From Octopus bimaculoides (taxonomy: Eukaryota), in the NCBI RefSeq assembly GCF_001194135.2, contig NC_068984.1, forward strand, positions 24,387,671 to 24,451,670: a stretch of DNA of 64,000 bases, in the 5' to 3' direction. Below the pieces are notes generated by a model. The model made no database searches. It was not told the origin of the DNA and saw only the letters and a program-made list of their open reading frames with translations. The position numbers were made by a program, and so were the translations under genes. How positions within the stretch are numbered: position 1 is the stretch's first letter; every line of letters begins with the position of its first letter. Positions 49,498 to 59,575 of the stretch are shown one piece after another.

Positions 49498-50084
49498 ATT
49501 CGTATAAAAAAAATAGTAAATACCACTAACGCTAAGTATTTCTGATAAACCAGTGCTTAGCTTCTGTTTCATAGTATTTTTTTGGTTAAGAAGTTTGCTT
49601 TGCAACCATATGATCCCATTGTGCAGTACCTTAGGCATGTGTCTTCTACTAATAGCATCAGGTGGTAGAAGACACTTGCATCACTCAGACAAAAATAGCT
49701 TGCAGTATTTATTCCACCATGCTATGCAGACACTCTGTTGTCACTCACTCCACTGGAAATACAGCAAACTAGTGATTAAACTACTGGAAATCTATAATCA
49801 ATGGTAATTATTCACAAAATGCATGATTTAAAAGATAAATAAATAATGTAAATGACAGACAAATCTTCTTGATGGGAAACATTCACTCAAAAACATGTAT
49901 TTAATTCTTGAGATATTCATTATTATTTTATTTATTTTTAAAACTTTTTTTTGCCTTGAAATTTGTTTTTATTCTTCATCTCTATTCACCAATACAGTGA
50001 CACAAAGCATTACTACAGATGATAGTTAAAGTGATTCACTGCCACAAAATGAAAAGGCTGCTTCAACTATCTTTGCCTTTCAAC

Positions 50085-50398
50085 TGACTTTACGAACTGA
50101 CTTAAGCCCTTTTCTCTCTATGGAACATAGGCCACTGATAACTTTTCTCCACTCTGCTGAACTCTGGGCTTGTCATTTCTATCTCTCCCACCAGGTCTTG
50201 TCAGTTTTGAATTGTCTTTGATACTTTTCTGTCTTTTTCTGGGTAGGTGTGTTGACCCTATACAAACTCGTTTTTACCTCTGGAAAGAAGTGATCCATAT
50301 TAATGTGGTCTCTGTCCAGCATAGGAGGCCCTACCAGGATCTTGCACTCTACTTGCATAGCTCTCGGGGTCACTGAGGTACACAAGTCACCATGCCAC
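50085..50398 (-). mobile_element. Second bipartite RTE-derived element
   Basis: Minus: gtggcatggtgacttgtgtacctcagtgaccccgagagctatg...tcctggtagggcctcctatgctggacag joined to AQSSAEWRKVISGLCSI plus a TAAG tail. Confidence 0.7.
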
Positions 50399-50424
50399 AA
50401 AGACTGGACCTTTCAGTGAATTTT

Positions 50425-50755
50425 TGGCACTTGTGCCGGTGGCACATGAAAAGACATTTGAGCGAGGTCGTTGCCAGTGCCGCCGGACTGGCTCCTGTGC
50501 AGGTGGCACCTGAAATACACCATTTTGAGCGTGGCCATTGCCAGTACCGCCTGACTAACCCTCATGCCGGTTACACGTAAAAAGCACCCACTACACTCTC
50601 GGAGTGGTTGATGTTAGGAAGGGCATCCAGCTACAGAAACTCTGCCAAATCAGATTGGAGCCTGGCGTAGCCATCTGGTTCGCCAGTCCTCAGTCAAATC
50701 GGCCAACCCATGCTAGCATGGAAAGCAGACGTTAAACAATGATGATGATGATGAC
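50425..50755 (+). mobile_element. SINE family C with two internal units
   Basis: gagcgaggtcgttgccagtgcc...gagcgtggccattgccagtacc...gacgttaaacaatgatgat. Confidence 0.92.
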
Positions 50756-50884
50756 ATTTGAAGCCTAGTGCTTTCTTCAACACTAAGCTTTGAATACTTT
50801 TAGCAGCTTCACTCCTACTTCAACTACCTTTGTCTCAATGGTGTTAAGAAAATTCTTTGTCAATTTACTAGCAACACATATGTT

Positions 50885-51215
50885 TCTATCACAACCAGTG
50901 CTGCTTAATTTCCATGGAACTTAACACTGGCCTTTGAATGCCTTCAATAGAATCTGTTACCAGCATTCCACTCAGGCCTATGGTCTGAGGATATATCCCC
51001 TTTTTCTGTACAAACATATCATGTACAATACAATAAAGCAGATAAAAGAAAAATAAGTGGATTGTAACCTCCAAGATATGACTGTCAACAAAAGTATCAG
51101 TAACAGTTGTATCCTTGACCAAAGAGTGACCAAAGGTATATAGAAAATAGGTCATCCCATCAGGGTATTTGCCATCACTACAATCCAGTCTGGTGCTGTT
51201 CAAGATCACCAATAT
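50885..51215 (-). mobile_element. CRE-like non-LTR relic (restriction-like endonuclease domain)
   Basis: RLDCSDGKYPDGMTYFLYTFGHSLVKDTTVTDTFVDSH (cf. GLxRxDGKRPDGxTxxPWxxGxxLxWDxTxxDT) and terminal FHGN*AA (cf. IQRGNA). Confidence 0.6.
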
Positions 51216-51334
51216 ACTCAGATGCTAGAAATCATTTGATTATATTTTTTGTTAGGGCATTTCCCATCAATGAAATGGCACAACAGCATAGGATATCCAT
51301 TAAAATCGGTTACTTTACCACACCTACACCTTAA

Positions 51335-51810
51335 TATCAGTTTCAAATTTTGGCATAAGGCTAGCTGTTTTGAGGGGAGGGAGAAGTTGATTACATCAAC
51401 CCCTGTTCAACTGGCACTTATTTCATAAACTCCAAAAGGATGAAAGATAGTCAACCTCAGCAAAATTTGAACTCAGAGTGTAAAGATGAATGAAATGCCA
51501 CTAAGCATTTTGCCCAGCATGCTAACAATTCTTATTTCTTTATTGCCCACAAGGGGCTAAACATAGAGGGGACAAACAAGGACAGACAAAGGGATTAAGN
51601 NNNNNNNNNGAGGGGACAAACAAGGACAGACAAAGGGATTAAGTCAATTACATCAACCCCAGTGCGTAACTGGTACTTAATTTATTGACCTCGAAAGGAT
51701 GAAAGGCTAAGCCGACCTTGGCGGAATTTGAACTCAGAACATAACAGCAGACGAAATACCGCAAAGCATTTCGCCCGGCGTGCTTACGTTTCTGCTAGCT
51801 CACCACCTTA
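51335..51810 (-). mobile_element. SINE family B composite (long-tail unit plus old unit)
   Basis: Minus: ggtggtgagctagcagaaacgtaagc...gggcaataaagaaataagaa|ttgttagcatgctgg...; a 10-N gap lies inside. Confidence 0.85.
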
Positions 51811-52483
51811 CCTTTACACCTTAATATCCACAAATGAATATATTACTCTTACAACATAGAGAAATAGTATGTGCTACAGAGAATGCTTTGAAAGAGGGTA
51901 ATCAAAAATGGAAATTTTACTACATTTCTAAACTAATAATCTACAGATGTAAACCTATATTTCAATAATTTAACATAACATTCCTGAAAGACAACTAAGA
52001 TGAGGAGCTTAACATGATTATCTCTCTCTCTCTCTTTTTCTTTCTTTTATTCTGTAGGCCAAAGAAAAAGCTTTGTGTGCATAAATTATGTAGATTTTTT
52101 CCAGACTGGTGAAGTTAATGAAATTGGTGTTCTTGAAGCTTTGTGACTCGATACTTGAAAATAAAGATGTGTAATTATATTCTGCCACAATTTCAATTAA
52201 TAATGCTTTAATATGATTATCCCATCATAACCCTTGTTTTAGAAATAAAGGTTCTAGGTTCAAATTTTGTTGTGAACAATGTAAACATCTAGGAATAAAA
52301 AATACTTTATATTATTTGGAGATTAAGCTAATTGACATGTAGTGTACATGCGCGCATGCACACACACACACACACACACACACACTTAAAACTCTACAAA
52401 CAAGTCCAAGAAATTATAATTGCATTAACAATAACTTACCTGAAACATTTAGATACTAAAGATAATTTAATATTTATCTAGAA

Positions 52484-52739
52484 CAGTGATTCTTGACCAT
52501 TTTTTACTTATGGCCTCCTTTGATTCCTATTTTATTCTTCTGGACCCCCATGTTAAAAAAAAAAAGCCTGTTACATTTTTATAATTAAATATTATTAGAA
52601 ACTATGTTAAAAAATTTGTTAAAATATTTTGTGCATTGTACAAGTATAACCAATTTATTGCTCATAAGCTTTAACAACAATACCTTATGGAAACCCCCCC
52701 ACCACCAATGGTCATCTGGCACCCAGTTGAGAACCACTG
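52484..52739. mobile_element. hAT-Charlie MITE (256 bp)
   Basis: CAGTGATTCTTGAC...GTTGAGAACCACTG; TSD ATCTAGAA/ATCTAGAT fits the NTCTAGAN preference. Confidence 0.9.
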
Positions 52740-53114
52740 ATCTAGATATACTAAGGTAGAGTTGGATGCTTTGACAAAAGTTCCTGTGTAACTTTGCAGA
52801 TAGGATACAAACCAGCCCCCACAGAAGATATAGGAGGGAAAGGCTTTTATTTATTGAGGTTTTGTGCATATTTTATTACCTAACAGCTTATTCATCTTAT
52901 AGATGTTTTCACTGTTTAAAGAATCAGCCCACTTGCCTTTAGGATGGACAATTAACAGAAATACCAAAAGTATTACATCACTTTTATTATTGATCATATT
53001 ATTCACTTTTAACACTGGTGTTTTACCTGTCCTAAAAGAGCATTAACTTACCAAACCAGTCAAGCCAGAGATATCACAAGATGTGAAAGCATATACATAT
53101 ATATATATAAATAG

Positions 53115-53528
53115 ACACAGGCATGGCTATGTGATTAGAAGTTTGCTTCCCAACTGTATGGTTCTGGGTTCATTCCCAGTGTGTGACATCTTGGGCAAGT
53201 GTCTGAGCCTTGTGAATGGATTTGGTAGACTGAAACTGAAAGCCCATCATATATATACTTTCATTAAAGTTGCAAAATTATCACAAAACAGTTACTCAGA
53301 GTTTCACATTCCCATTTGTCTGACACTTGTGATAACACAAACACAGATTTGGTTACAGATTTTGAACATAGATTCATATTCCTGTTTTCATCACAATTGT
53401 CCAATGAATGGGAATGTGAAACTCTGAGTAACTGTTTTGTGATAACTTTGCAGTTTTAATAATAGCATATTATTCAACCTTTAGTATTTGAGTACTATTT
53501 TTTCCACATCAATTTGCACTTATGTGCT

Positions 53529-53594
<66 letters not shown>

Positions 53595-53822
53595 CATACA
53601 TATAAGTCAATTTATGTGCCTATGTGTTTGTCCCTCCACCACTGCTTGACAGCCAGTGTTAGTGTCTTTACATCCCTGTAACTTAGCAGTTCAGCAAAGG
53701 TAACTGATAGAACCTGGCTTAAAAAAAAGTACTGGAGTTCAATTGGTCAACTAAAAATTCTTCAAAGTGGAGCTCCAGCACAGCCATAATCTAATGACTG
53801 AAACAAGTAAAAGATAAAAGAT
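53115..53822 (+). mobile_element. SINE family A split by a fold-back insert in its hinge
   Basis: 5' half 53115-53250; 3' half 53600-53822 ending actgaaacaagtaaaagataaaaga. Confidence 0.85.
53263..53535 (+). mobile_element. Fold-back element with hammerhead-like motif in both arms (PLE pLTR-like)
   Basis: Arms 53263-53316 and 53407-53460 match at 51/54 and extend imperfectly to about 72 bp; each arm carries (CCAATGA or CAGACAA)-atg-ggaa-tgt-GAAA-CTC-t-GAG-TA. Confidence 0.75.
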
Positions 53823-54313
53823 GTTTGAAATATAAGTATAAATATACTTTTAAACTAGATTGAATCTAAAATTTTGAGTAAAAGGTCTGATAAACAAAAG
53901 TGAGGAGAATGGAGACACATGAAGTGAATTTCTGCAAAATTTCTAGGCATTCCAACATAACTTTGAGGAAATGCTAACAGCACTCAATTACAACATTCCA
54001 ACAACTGATTATATTACAGCTTAAGGATTTTTAAATTATCAAAATTTTACTGCTGTATGAAGTTGAGAGATTAACTGCATGACCAAACAGAGAGTTTGAG
54101 GAAGTTGAGATGATGTTTGGGTGTAACCAAATAGGTGGAACCCAGCATAGAAGATTATTAGTATTTTCAGAGACACAAATGCAGATTTGGCTACAGATTT
54201 TGAAAATGGATTCATATTCCTGTGTGTTTTGTCTCACTATGAAATTAGACTCATGGAAGCCTTTCCAGCAGATTGGAATGAGGATTGAGCTGACAGCTTT
54301 GATTGTTACTTAA

Positions 54314-54532
54314 TTCTTTAGGATTCAGGTTACTGTCAAATGTGATCGCTTTTTATTCATATTGTTTTGAATTAATCATGCATTACCATGTAGTTTCAAA
54401 ATTTCAATGATGTGATGGTTTATTTTTAGAATAAGATTGTAGGATAGGTATGAGAAGCTGGATCTAGTCAGTTTGAATGTAAAACAGGTAGAATATTTTG
54501 GGTTGGATATGGCTGGTTTGAATGCTAAATGA
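54314..54532. mobile_element. piggyBac-like MITE family P
   Basis: TTAA on both sides; decayed TIRs ttctttaggattc and gaatgctaaatga. Confidence 0.8.
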
Positions 54533-54864
54533 TTAATTCATTAGAATTCACTCATCTCTCCCTCCAAAACTGTTGATTTTTAGAAGTGGAAGGCAGCTTA
54601 TTAAAAGATAAACAAAACTCACAACTGACACACCTTATTTACAAGGTTGAAGGGCAAACAATAATTACTAATGAATCTAAGATTAACTTTTAAATAACAA
54701 TTTTACAATCAATTATTGAATTTTTTTCCTTGGACACAAGTTGAACAATTCTAAGAAACGTTAAAAAAAATTTTACTCATGAAAACATTTTCAATTGTTA
54801 AAAATTTTCTATCATTAAGATGTGGTATTTACATATGAGCTGGAATATAACAAACGGTGATTCA

Positions 54865-55080
54865 GCCTAATGGAGTTTCTACTGAGTTGCTTAACTTGGT
54901 AGAAAGAACAAAATCTCCCTTAAATTACACCCTTCCACATTATATAGAAAGGAAAGAGTCATTGTATAATGTTATCCTGTAGTGTTTAGAATAACAGATA
55001 GGATGATCATGGCTGGAATACCATTGATCATAGGTTTGTTTGGTCAGGTCTGATCCGGGGTTGAACAACAGTAACAAAAC
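54865..55080 (+). repeat. Repeat E
   Basis: aaatctcccttaaattacaccc...catggctggaataccattgatcatagg...ggggttgaacaac. Confidence 0.75.
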
Positions 55081-55539
55081 TAATAGCAGGTTTATATATT
55101 GATCTCAGCCAAGGATTTGCTGTTTTCAATCAGGAAATTCTTTGTAAAAAAACCAACTAAAGTTTTAGCAGATTGAGTAATGATGTCAGCAAAAATCTAA
55201 CCAATCATATTTAAATAACTGCTGAATTTTCAAGTGATGGTTTCGCTATAGACCTGTCCAATTAGATCTGTTATGAAGCTTATATAAAGAGACCAGTCTA
55301 AGAACCAACACAGTACTAAAGTGAAGAGCTGAACAACATGTGCAGTAATGCATAATGTCAGGTGAAATTCTTGTATGCAGTAGGTCTTCACAGGAACAGG
55401 TGTGTTGCTGTAGAAGAGATACATGGCTAACCAGTGAGAGAGAGTAAGAGAAAGAGAGAGAGAGAGTGGAAGAGAGCGAGAGTGAAAGAAAGAGCAGGAG
55501 ACAGATGGTGGTGAAGTGTTAGCGCATACTCACAAAGAA

Positions 55540-55830
55540 TGGGATTCAGAATATAAATGGAACAGTTGAGCAGAGCAAAGGAGAGATAAGTGATGGCAAA
55601 GTGGAAGAGCATGCCCTCAAGATACGGGTGTTAGAAGATAAATGGAAGGGTATTGCCAAGGTGCATGAGTAAGGAGTAGAGCCTTCATATGAATTCAAAG
55701 AGCGTGAGGCTGGGGAATGCAGTGACTGGTAAAACTGGACATATAGAGAGGGTGAGGGACAACAGAATAGCAATGATACAGTGATCAGGCAGTGAGGACA
55801 GGATTGGGGAGCAAGAGATAAACAAAAGTA
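55540..55830 (-). mobile_element. Probable L2/CR1-group LINE relic
   Basis: Weak match SLYVQFYQSLHSPAS to the RT C-terminal SLxLFYRY region. Confidence 0.35.
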
Positions 55831-55924
55831 TAGCACATGAAAAGAGGAAATATGAGGAAGAGGAGAGATATAGTTTGATTTGTTGGGGTAGGGTATAAGA
55901 AAAATTTTATTGTTGTCACATGTA

Positions 55925-56485
55925 GGTGGAACCTACAGCGCTTCTAGAACTCAGTTTTGCAGAAGTGGGCAGGTCTTCTCAAGACCTTCATATCACCAAA
56001 CATCTCAGTCCATTGTCATCTCCTCCATGAGGCCCAACATCCTGAGATCGGTCCTCACCACTTCATCCCTTTGATTCCAGGTTTTGCTTCTATGCCTGGA
56101 ATTTCTTCTCCAATTCTGTTACAGGCTCTGCAATAAGAGCGAGTTCATCAGCATATAGTAGTTCCCGTGGGCATCCTGTTCTGAATTCCTCTGTTTATGG
56201 TCTGGAAGACAATGATAAATAATACTGGACTGAGAACTGAGCCCTGGTGGACCCCTACTTGTATACTAAATTCATCATTGTATTCACAGCCAACTCTCAC
56301 CCTACTGACAGCACTGCTGTACATGGCTTATACAGTTCTAACAAGCCACTAATCTATTCCTAACTTCCTTAGAGACAACCAGATAAGAAAGCAAACAACT
56401 CTGTCAAAACCTTTCTCCAGATGGACAAAAACCAAGTACAATAGCTTAGTTTTAGCCAAATATTTTCCTGTAGCTGTCTCACTAG
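55925..56485 (-). mobile_element. RTE LINE fragment with internal deletion
   Basis: RQLQEKYL, FVHLEKGFDRV, VGVHQGSVLSPVLF, LLYADELALIAE, LESKG fused to (W)DEVVRTDL...DVW. Confidence 0.9.
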
Positions 56486-57624
56486 GACTCTATGGAAATT
56501 AAAACACGATAATTATTTTGTTCTTGAAACCCTTCATATGCATGATGTACTGCTGTTCTTTATAATCCTTAAGAATGCAACAAAACTGATACAGAAAGGC
56601 TCATACTAAGTGTATACCTGAAATTTAGTGACCAAATTAACAAGTAAGCATACTCAATCTACACCAGAGCTGGTAAGACTCTCTTTGCTAAATTCAAATT
56701 TAAACCCCAAACCCATATGCAACATGATTAAATACATCTCTGTATTGTATTTATGAGCATGTGTAAACTCAGTTTTGCTCTGTTTTTTAAATCAAACACC
56801 TATAAAATTCAATAAAAAATATATACAAATACTTGCAGAGGAAATCAGAGTCTTGTTACTTTTTTAATTAATATTATATTGAGATTTTCTATTATTTCTT
56901 TTTTATTTGATAAATTTATTGTTTTCGAATTTTATTCCTTTATTTCCATAACCTGAATCTTGTTCCTTTGTTATATTCTTTGTATGACCTCTTCCCTTTC
57001 CATTAACGTTTGTTATTTTGTTTTTGCTCTAAATAAACAGTAGGAGGTCTCTATCTATTTTTAGGTTTGTTAGTTCTCTACAAAGGAAATAAGTATTTTC
57101 CACCTTCCAAGAAAGGAAGGATTCTTCCGTATCATGATAAAGGTCATGGCTACAAGAACAACGAAAAAAGCTGAAAAAGAATATTAAATTGGACATGCTA
57201 TTAATACTATCTGTAAAGTATCAAAATTAAGAAAAAGTGATAGCAGCCCGGGGGGGGGGGGTAGTAGCCTGGTGGTTAAATCTGCTAAAAATAGCAACCA
57301 ACTTCCCTCATATCACACCTTAACATCTTAGAGCAGTGCCTCTCAAACCTATCTTAACCATCAACCATCTTCTATTTCAACACTTTTTCAACACCCCCCC
57401 TGCTATGATTCAAAGTGCCCCGAGCCCTTTGTAAAGTACATGCACATAATATTACGCCATAGTTACTACAAGATAATAGGAGAAAAGCTTACAAAAGCCT
57501 CTCTGTTTTGAGTTAGCTTTATAAAAGCTAAGTCAACCCAGACAGGCAGTACAACTCAGACGATAAAGCTACTAATGAATCTCTCCTAAATTAATCACAA
57601 TATTTCTCCAAAATCACGAGATTT

Positions 57625-57790
57625 TATTTTGGTTGGACAGTCTCCTGACCTGAACCATATTGATAATTTATGGCAGATCATTAAATCAAAACAGAATTCA
57701 GGAACTTTTAAATGCAGGAAATCATTATTTGCTGCAGTACAGAAAGAATGGTACAAGTTAGAACCTGCATTATTGAAAAAAAAATTACTG
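57625..57790 (+). mobile_element. Tc1-family transposase C-terminal fragment
   Basis: GQSPDLNHIDNLWQIIK...AVQKEW (cf. SPDLNPIENLW). Confidence 0.85.
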
Positions 57791-58089
57791 AGAAACTGGT
57801 TCATTAAAAATATTTTATTTTGTTTTTAATTACAAGGTAACCATGCTAGAAGTATTGATTATTAAATTTTGGTTAAGACTAAACATAAACTCTATATCTT
57901 TTAAAACTCAAATATAACAAATGATTTCATGTCAACAAAAAATAAATATATCTTTAAATCGGGAATTACGTAGATGTCTAATTTTTCTTTTCCATCAAAG
58001 GCATATGTAATAAACATCATATTCTTTTTAATAATTCTTTAGTAAAAATAACCAAACATAATCAATGATGATTTCAGATGAGCATGCAA

Positions 58090-58200
58090 GCAAACCCGGC
58101 TGTTTGGCTGGGAAGTTCATTTCAAAGCCACTAAGAACCATGTTCAATTCCACAGTGTTGCACCTTGGGTGTGTTTTTCAAATAGCCAATGTTAACAAGT
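58090..58200 (+). mobile_element. Very old SINE A head
   Basis: ggctgtttggctgggaag...atgttcaattccacagtgttgcaccttggg...aaatagcc. Confidence 0.55.
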
Positions 58201-59334
58201 TCTGTGAATGCAGTAAGGTATCAGGAAGACTATCATGTGCACACATGCATGTCCTTTCACCCATAAACATCATTGAAAGATATCAGCTAGATAATAGAAA
58301 GCGCAACTATTTCAAACAAAAATACCTTGTATGGTATTTGTTACACGAGTTACACAGACACTTCCTTGCCACTCCCATGATCATAAATACATTGAGTTAG
58401 TGATTGGTCTATAGTAAATCTTACAATCAATGATGCTATTGTTCTTAAAATGCAATATAAATTTTAAAAAGTTGGTGGATATGGCAAACATAAATGATAT
58501 ATAAAGTAAAGAAACTACGAGTAATAAATTAACAATTTATAATAATAAAAGTGAAATTCTGCCTGTCCATCTGGGATCCCTGCATCTCGGCCTACATTTG
58601 CTCTACATAGACATATACCTTTTTGGAATCAGAATGATCCTGGGATTGAAAATTTGCCCTTCATTTGGTTCTTGAACATCCAGCATTGGGATCTGATTTA
58701 AAAGCATTTGGGTCACTATTTTTAGCAGGTAAAGCATGGCTGATTCACCAATTTGGTGGTGTTTGTCAGATGACGTCAGAGATCAAGGGGGAGATAAATG
58801 ACATTTGCTTCGTTAATTTTATGTCTATAAGAACTTTGGGGCAAATTGGCCAACAGTTGGAATTCAACGTGGAACTAGAACAACAGAATGATTGCATTAC
58901 AGAATTAATTCTCATCCGTCCTTAATTTCTGATCAAACACAATCGGGGCATATAGTCATTACAGGTCTATTATAGTCATGCTATTTAGTTTTGGGCTGCA
59001 GGCCCAGTTAGCCCTCCGCAAGAGCTAGCTTAAAAGTTCCCGTGCGGCTTTTAAGATAGTATGTTATAACAATGTAATACATTAACTGTATGTAATATAC
59101 AATTAATATTCAAATAAATGTTTATTCAGTGCACTTCAATTTTCAACCTATATATCAAGTTTCAGTAACTTTATAACATGGGATACATCATTAATTATCA
59201 ATTATTAAATTTTCCTGTATAATCTCAATTAACAGGAAATGAAAAAAGAAAAAGCAGCAGCTTCCAAACAGGCTGGAACTGTACAACGTACTTCCAACAT
59301 GTAGAGGGTATTCTTAATATTCTCTTTGCTGTGT

Positions 59335-59575
59335 GGGTGGCACATAAAAGACACCATTTCGAGCGTGGCCGTTTTCGTGCGGGTGACACGTAAAAGCACC
59401 CACTACACTCTCTGAGTGGTTGGCGTTAGGAAGGGCATCCAGCTGTAGAAACTCTGCCAAATTAGATTGGAGCCTGGTGTTGCCATCCGGTTTCACCAGT
59501 CCTCAGTCAAATCGTCCAACCCATGCTAGCATGGAAGGCGGACGTTAAACGATGATGATGATGATGATGATGATC
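59335..59575 (+). mobile_element. SINE family C, young, one internal unit
   Basis: ggcgttaggaagggcatccagctgtagaaac...ggacgttaaacgatgatgat; CpGs intact. Confidence 0.93.

Noticed and set aside
51570-51645. Duplication of gaggggacaaacaaggacagacaaagggattaag around a 10-N gap
   Set aside because: Probably a contig-overlap artefact.
58665-58925. 86-aa ORF VLEHPALG...
   Set aside because: No recognisable domain, and upstream in-frame stops break the plausible exon.
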